A stretch of DNA of 64,000 bases from a virus: IMG/VR virus record IMGVR_UViG_3300027804_003127; one strand, given 5' to 3'. The translations under genes and the position numbers were made by a program. Each line of letters opens with the position of its first letter. The stretch's first letter is position 1. Positions 58,740 through 64,000 of this stretch are shown here, piece by piece. The notes below the pieces were generated by a model, which was not told where the DNA came from, did no database searches, and worked only from the letters and a program-made list of their open reading frames with translations.

Positions 58740-59367
58740 CGGAAGGGTTGATGCTTGGTATTCAAATAGTGTGTTGATGGCTGATAGAGCTTGTAGGGAC
58801 CTAGGAATAGAATTAGACCCCATATATGTATGTTATGATGCAATAGTTTCAAAAGCTAGGAATGACTTGTTTGCCTATGCTTTTAGGCATGACTTTGACG
58901 AATTAGTTTATGTAGATGCAGACATTGCTTGGGGTCCTGATCAGTTGCTTAAACTATTAAGTCATCCTGTTGATGTTGTTGGAGGCATATATCCTAAAAA
59001 AACTCCACAAGAGGATTACCCTGTAAATTTTATTTCTGACAAAATAAAGCTTCAAGATGGGTTGTTAGAGGTAGCTAGTTTACCAACTGGTTTTTTAAGA
59101 ATATCCAAACAAGCTATAAAAATATTTTGGGAAAAATCTTCTAGTTATACGGTGAACAAAGAAAACGAAGAATATAAAATGGTTTTTGAGCCTGGCATCG
59201 TTGGTGGCAGATTTATTAGCGAAGACATAATATTCTGTTTAAAATGGAGAGAATGGGGATATAAGGTCTATTTAGACCCATATATTAAATTAAATCACAT
59301 AGGGCCAAATGTATATAGTGGTAACATAGTTAATTTTATGAAAAATAATTTTAGTATAGATTTATAA
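58654..59367 (+). CDS. GT-A (GT2-like) glycosyltransferase
   Basis: VMIATPSYDG, ARN.L, YVDADI, GGIYPKK, TGFLRI, ISEDI.FC..W, DP.I.L.H.G. Confidence 0.8.
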   Translation: MSKKQKKQIVNQGLQKAKKRVMIATPSYDGRVDAWYSNSVLMADRACRDLGIELDPIYVCYDAIVSKARNDLFAYAFRHDFDELVYVDADIAWGPDQLLKLLSHPVDVVGGIYPKKTPQEDYPVNFISDKIKLQDGLLEVASLPTGFLRISKQAIKIFWEKSSSYTVNKENEEYKMVFEPGIVGGRFISEDIIFCLKWREWGYKVYLDPYIKLNHIGPNVYSGNIVNFMKNNFSIDL

Positions 59368-59405
59368 ATTTAGGGAAAAATGCAATAGTTATATAAATAA
59401 AATAT

Positions 59406-59789
59406 GTGGAATATTTATATCATATTTTAATACCTAAAAATTTTGCAGAAAAAGTGAATGATTGCTTTAAAAACATTAGCAATTGTATAGATTCTCCATT
59501 TAAGTATAAAATATCAACTAGAATAAATGGAGATCACAGTTATACTGGTGCGTATGGTCTTTCTGAGGATGACATAAAAATATTTAGAGTTATGTTTGAG
59601 CTTAATGAAGATGGGATTTATTGGTGGAAAGTAGATAAAAATACGGGCATATTAGATGAGTGTAATGACGCTGACTGTTTATGCTATGTAGGTGACAAGT
59701 ATTCTATGAAGTTTTTATTAAGAAGGTCTGGTTTCTATTTAATCGGAGAAAATGATGGCGAAAGCTGGTCGTCCAAAAAAACCGAATGA
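59406..59789 (+). CDS. Hypothetical protein
   Basis: 127-aa ORF directly upstream of terL. Confidence 0.55.
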   Translation: MEYLYHILIPKNFAEKVNDCFKNISNCIDSPFKYKISTRINGDHSYTGAYGLSEDDIKIFRVMFELNEDGIYWWKVDKNTGILDECNDADCLCYVGDKYSMKFLLRRSGFYLIGENDGESWSSKKTE

Positions 59790-62700
59790 TTTACATTTTG
59801 ATTTAGAAAATTTAAAACAAGCTGTTAAAAATGTCACGCTTACCGCTAGTGACGCTGGTCATGTTCCAAGTATAATTGAATTTGTTGAATCAGAAAAATA
59901 TTTGGGTCTTCCTCATCAAAAGCCCACTTCTATAGATCTTTATCCATTTCAGCGTATTATGTTGAAATGCTTTTACTCTGGAAGTGTGGGAAATGAACAT
60001 ATGACACTAACAGATGAAGAAAGGCAACTGTGCAAAAAATACAACCTTTTAGATGAAGACATTAGCGATATATTTTCTAAAATAGATAATGGAGTTATAA
60101 AAAGTGAGATGGTTCTTGTATGGGGTCGTCGTTGCTTGTCAGAAGATAATAATATAGTAGACATTAATACAAATAGAATTTATACATTTGGTTCAATGTG
60201 GGATTCTGGAAAGAGAACAATAGACTCATGGACTTATAATGAAAAAAGTAAGAGAATGGAATGTGTGTCTAATTGCGATATTGTATATCAGGGAATAAGA
60301 GATGTATATAAAGTGCAAACTTATAGTGGTCATTTTATAGAGGCTACATCAAATCATCCTGTACTGACATCAAATGGGTGGAAGCAGATTAAAGATCTGG
60401 ACACTGATAATGATATGATATCAATTAGCGAGTCTTTTCCATTTGGTTTAGAAGTAAAAACCGAAATGACGGAAGAACAAGCAAGACTTATAGGATATAT
60501 GATAGGTGATGGAAACTGTTCAAAAGCTGCAACATTTTTGACTTGTTCAAATAAGTCCGTATTGAAGGATTTCAAAGTATGTTTGAGCTCACTGGGCGAT
60601 AACATAAAAATTTTCAAAGATCCATGGACTGGAGCAAAAAGCAAAAAATATCAATATAAAATAACTTCTAAGTATTATGAAAACGAGTCTTTAGGAGTAA
60701 AAGATTATAGAAACAGAACTTTAACTCGTAGAAAAAAGAATTTACTCATGCAGCTTTTGGTGCAGTATGGTATAAGCGGTAAAACATGTCATCATAAAAG
60801 AACTCCAAAAGAAATACTCGAAGCACCTAAAAATGTCGTCTCTAATTATTTGAAGGCTTTATTTAGCTGTGATGGGTCTATTTATATTAAAAAGAGAAAA
60901 AAATATGTCAATCATTGTCAAATAGAATTTTGCACCGTAAATAAACAACAGGCTTATGATGTTCAGTATTTACTAAGTAAATTTGGGATATTATCAAACC
61001 TAAGGTCAAAATCTGGAAAAACTTCCATAGTGGATGAAAAGCATAATAAAAGAACTTATCGCTCAAATTCTTATGTTGTGTCTTTTGTTCGTAAGAAGTA
61101 TATAAGTATATTTTTACAAGAAATAGGGTTTATTGGTAAAGATAAAATAGTTAAATTATGTGAGTCTACGTTAAGTAAGATAATTGATAAAGATTCAAAC
61201 CATGATAGCTCATTACCGTACTCATGTTTTAATATAAAATCTATAGAGCATATTGGTAAAAAAAGAACATTTGATTTGCAAGTGAGTGATCAAAAGCATT
61301 TGCAAAATTTTGTAAGTCAGGGATTCATATGTCACAATAGCGGCAAAGATTTCATTGTTTCAATATTAGCATGCTACGAAGCTGCGAAGCTTCTTGAATC
61401 TCCAAATGGAGATCCCTACAAGTTATATAACTTAGGATCTGGAGCCCCATTTACTATATTGACAGTGGCGAATAGCTCTGCTCAGGCTCAAGTTTTATTT
61501 AATGAAATAAAAGATAAAATAATAAAAAGTACATATTTTGCTGACAAGATAGTCGCAGATGGCATACTTGCAGATCAAATACATCTTTTAACTCCTGCTG
61601 ATAAAATAAAGAATGCAGAATTAGCTTCTAGGGGTCTTCCTACCAGTCCTGGGTCTGTTATAATAAGATGTGGACACAGCAACTCGGACTCTCTTGCAGG
61701 TATATCTTGTTATTGCCTTTTATTAGACGAAATTGGATTGTACAAACAAACTGCTGGCAGCAGTGGAGGAGAAAGTATATACAGAACTCTTGCTCCAGCG
61801 ACTTCCACTTATGTAAGAAAAGAAAAATACATAGATCCTTATGGAGAAGAAAAAAATAAAGATGTATATGATGGTAAGATAATCTGCATTAGTTCTCCTC
61901 GTGGCAAAGAAGGTGTGTTTTATGAATTGTATAGAAAGGCATCTTCTGTTTCTCATAGGGTTATGTGTAAGTTGCCAACATGGGTCGTTAACCCTAATCA
62001 GACACAAGAATTGTTGCGCCAAAAGTTCAGTAACATGACTGAAGAAGAATTTATGATGGAGTTTGGTGCAGAATTTAGTGGAACTGCTGGTCAAACTTTC
62101 TTTACTAGAGACATGGTAGAAAAGTCATTTGTTAATAATTGCAGATTCAAGGAGCATGGTGAGCCAGGATTTAGCTATTTTTGTCATTTGGATCCAGCAA
62201 CTTCTTCGCACAACTACGCTTTATGTGTTCTTCATAAAGAATCATATCTTAATAAAGATACTAACAAAATGGATTTTAAAATTATAGTAGATCATGTGAA
62301 GTATTGGCAGCCACTAGAGGGTAGGCCTATACTAAACGAAGAAGTTGACAATTATATAATCATGTTAAGCAGAAGATTTAACTTTGAGCTAGTTACATTT
62401 GATCAATGGAATTCTCAACATAGTATAGATCATTTGCAAAAGCATAGTATACCTGCAAAAATGACTAGATTTACAAAAAGATACAAAATAATTATATATG
62501 ATAATCTTTACGATTTAGTATCGGCCAATAGAATGCAAATTCCAGCTCACGCTTTATTGCATGATGAAATGTTGTATCTACAAAGAAGATATACAGCAAC
62601 AGGATATAAGGTTTTTGCTAAAAAAGACGGATTAGTTAAAACTGATGACGTTGTAGATGCTCTTGCTGGAGCATCCTATGCGTGTTTAAATGAAGGTAGT

Positions 62701-62832
62701 ACTAGGCTTCCACAAGGAAGATTAGCTAGAATGTCGGTAACTCCATTTGGAGATGGAGTTGTTTTTAGAGGCATGCAGGGACAGCCTTTAAATGATTTTA
62801 TGGATAGATCAAAATGGACAAAGAGGTTCTAA
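59752..62832 (+). CDS. terL: Terminase large subunit (intein-containing)
   Basis: LYPFQ, Walker A WGRR|SGKD split by the intein, LLDEI Walker B, ISSP, PTW..NP, EFGAEF, HLDPA, TFDQWNS, DDVVDALAG. Confidence 0.92.
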   Translation: MMAKAGRPKKPNDLHFDLENLKQAVKNVTLTASDAGHVPSIIEFVESEKYLGLPHQKPTSIDLYPFQRIMLKCFYSGSVGNEHMTLTDEERQLCKKYNLLDEDISDIFSKIDNGVIKSEMVLVWGRRCLSEDNNIVDINTNRIYTFGSMWDSGKRTIDSWTYNEKSKRMECVSNCDIVYQGIRDVYKVQTYSGHFIEATSNHPVLTSNGWKQIKDLDTDNDMISISESFPFGLEVKTEMTEEQARLIGYMIGDGNCSKAATFLTCSNKSVLKDFKVCLSSLGDNIKIFKDPWTGAKSKKYQYKITSKYYENESLGVKDYRNRTLTRRKKNLLMQLLVQYGISGKTCHHKRTPKEILEAPKNVVSNYLKALFSCDGSIYIKKRKKYVNHCQIEFCTVNKQQAYDVQYLLSKFGILSNLRSKSGKTSIVDEKHNKRTYRSNSYVVSFVRKKYISIFLQEIGFIGKDKIVKLCESTLSKIIDKDSNHDSSLPYSCFNIKSIEHIGKKRTFDLQVSDQKHLQNFVSQGFICHNSGKDFIVSILACYEAAKLLESPNGDPYKLYNLGSGAPFTILTVANSSAQAQVLFNEIKDKIIKSTYFADKIVADGILADQIHLLTPADKIKNAELASRGLPTSPGSVIIRCGHSNSDSLAGISCYCLLLDEIGLYKQTAGSSGGESIYRTLAPATSTYVRKEKYIDPYGEEKNKDVYDGKIICISSPRGKEGVFYELYRKASSVSHRVMCKLPTWVVNPNQTQELLRQKFSNMTEEEFMMEFGAEFSGTAGQTFFTRDMVEKSFVNNCRFKEHGEPGFSYFCHLDPATSSHNYALCVLHKESYLNKDTNKMDFKIIVDHVKYWQPLEGRPILNEEVDNYIIMLSRRFNFELVTFDQWNSQHSIDHLQKHSIPAKMTRFTKRYKIIIYDNLYDLVSANRMQIPAHALLHDEMLYLQRRYTATGYKVFAKKDGLVKTDDVVDALAGASYACLNEGSTRLPQGRLARMSVTPFGDGVVFRGMQGQPLNDFMDRSKWTKRF
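60133..61338 (+). mobile_element. Intein with LAGLIDADG homing endonuclease (402 aa)
   Basis: N-terminal CLSED, ATSNHPVLT block B, LIGYMIGDG and LKALFSCDG, TFDLQV..NF..GFICHN followed by Ser(+1). Confidence 0.93.
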
Positions 62833-62833
62833 A

Positions 62834-63550
62834 ATGTTTAATCTAAATAAAATAATTAAATCTTGGTTTAATGGTGATGGTAAGAAAGTGGCTTCAAGAG
62901 AGCAGCTTCTGGAAGAAGAAAGAAAGTCTCAAGGTTTATCCGCATCTGAAACTCCAGAAGTATTTGAGGCAGTAGTAAACTCTAAGTCTAAAGATGAATA
63001 CGAGCCTACTGTAGAAGGTAAGTTAGGAAAAAGAGATGATGAAGTGGCTTCTATATCTGAAGCTAGAATGGATAAAGAACTTACTTATTCTAAAAGAGTA
63101 AATGATGATGTAAGAGATGAGGTTCCAAGGGTAAATGTGGCTTCAGAAAAATGGGACAATGAGTATAGAGAAGCTTTCGCTAAAGCACAAAAATCTCTAG
63201 ATAAACAAGAAGACATATTTGAAAAATATATGGGTAAAAAGGGAGGAAAGAAAGTCCCTAACAATGTCCCAGAATCAGCTTCTGGCTTACCCAATAGGCC
63301 AGAAAGATTTAAGAATTTTGATGGCGTTCCAGGTATAGATGTTAAGGAAAACATCAAAAATATAGGTTCTCATTCTGATGTTTCTTCTATGCATACGATA
63401 GGTAGTCTTGATTCTATAAAGAAGTTAGATGCAGCAGCTTTTTACTTGGCATATAAGGTTGCATCTGAGCAAAGAGATTTTAGTAAAGAAGAAAGTTCAA
63501 TTATTGAAAAAATAATTGACAAAAAAAGAGAGTTGTTGAGTTCATTATGA
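62834..63550 (+). CDS. Hypothetical charged protein with MFNLNK..KKVAS leader (head-morphogenesis region)
   Basis: Start revised to ATG 62834 (GAGG RBS); lies after terL. Confidence 0.7.
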   Translation: MFNLNKIIKSWFNGDGKKVASREQLLEEERKSQGLSASETPEVFEAVVNSKSKDEYEPTVEGKLGKRDDEVASISEARMDKELTYSKRVNDDVRDEVPRVNVASEKWDNEYREAFAKAQKSLDKQEDIFEKYMGKKGGKKVPNNVPESASGLPNRPERFKNFDGVPGIDVKENIKNIGSHSDVSSMHTIGSLDSIKKLDAAAFYLAYKVASEQRDFSKEESSIIEKIIDKKRELLSSL

Positions 63551-63987
63551 AAAAGCAAGCTCGTAGAGGAACAGGTTGGCCTGCCGCTTTTGAGCATCCG
63601 TTAGATAAGAAAAATCCATATAAAAGATATTTTGCTCCTAATAGTGGAGAGTCTCCGAAGCTAACATTATTAGGAAATCAAGGCTTGCCAGGTGAACCTC
63701 CAGACCTTTCAGGATCTATAGGCGGTAGTAGTAATCGAGATATTACTGCTCCAGATCATCATCCATGGACTGATTTTGATCCAGATAGCCCTTTTGATTC
63801 TGATCCAGAATTTACTGGAGAAAGAAAAGGTAAATCTGATGAAATAAATTCTTCGAAATCTGATTCATCAGATATGCCTATAAGTATTAATAAGAGAATT
63901 TTTAATCTCATATCCGAAAACAGAGATAGAAAACCTAATCAAATAGGTGGGAATATTTCCCAAAAAAGGAGTCTTTATGAGATTTAA
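63547..63987 (+). CDS. Hypothetical low-complexity protein (starts MKKQA)
   Basis: ATGA overlap. Confidence 0.6.
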   Translation: MKKQARRGTGWPAAFEHPLDKKNPYKRYFAPNSGESPKLTLLGNQGLPGEPPDLSGSIGGSSNRDITAPDHHPWTDFDPDSPFDSDPEFTGERKGKSDEINSSKSDSSDMPISINKRIFNLISENRDRKPNQIGGNISQKRSLYEI

Positions 63988-64000
63988 AACAACAGGTAAA
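63977..64000 (+). CDS. Start of the next gene (MRFKTTGK...), truncated by the window edge
   Basis: AAGGAG RBS before ATG 63977; frame open to the window end. Confidence 0.5.

Overview
This AT-rich window looks like part of a large tailed (huge/jumbo-type) dsDNA phage genome. ORFs tile densely in the standard genetic code. It carries a terminase large subunit with a LAGLIDADG intein in its Walker A, nucleotide genes (thyX, class II RNR, dUTPase), a FliA/WhiG-like sigma factor, an SNF2-like helicase, an HNH nuclease, SOD, Glf and a LysM-lysozyme. A long + strand block encodes tail fibres/adhesins, ends in a 21-repeat RCC1 protein, and is followed by a sulfotransferase/glycosyltransferase/ADP-heptose cluster. 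The most unusual signal is a peptide 'tag' grammar shared by about 20 otherwise unrelated ORFs: short leaders ending in K-x-A/S (often K-x-A-Q), an [NG]-W-Y-K-x-[AS] variant, and a longer [ILV]KxSxxxWxxxG[IL]xxG[WY] leader on six paralogous, Gly-zipper, low-complexity proteins. These motifs are not seen at the termini of the housekeeping enzymes or fibre proteins. I infer a head-targeting and protease-maturation system that loads enzymes and membrane-active proteins into the virion. Other signals are a recurrent AAAGG-N17-[AC]GTA promoter, a promoter- and terminator-bounded small RNA (about 2330-2415), a roughly 520-nt non-coding hairpin array with C-GAA-G triloops (38074-38600), a possible plug-and-socket fibre assembly chain, and an apparently nested triple beta-propeller. 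All calls come from motif recognition by eye; no database searches were run.
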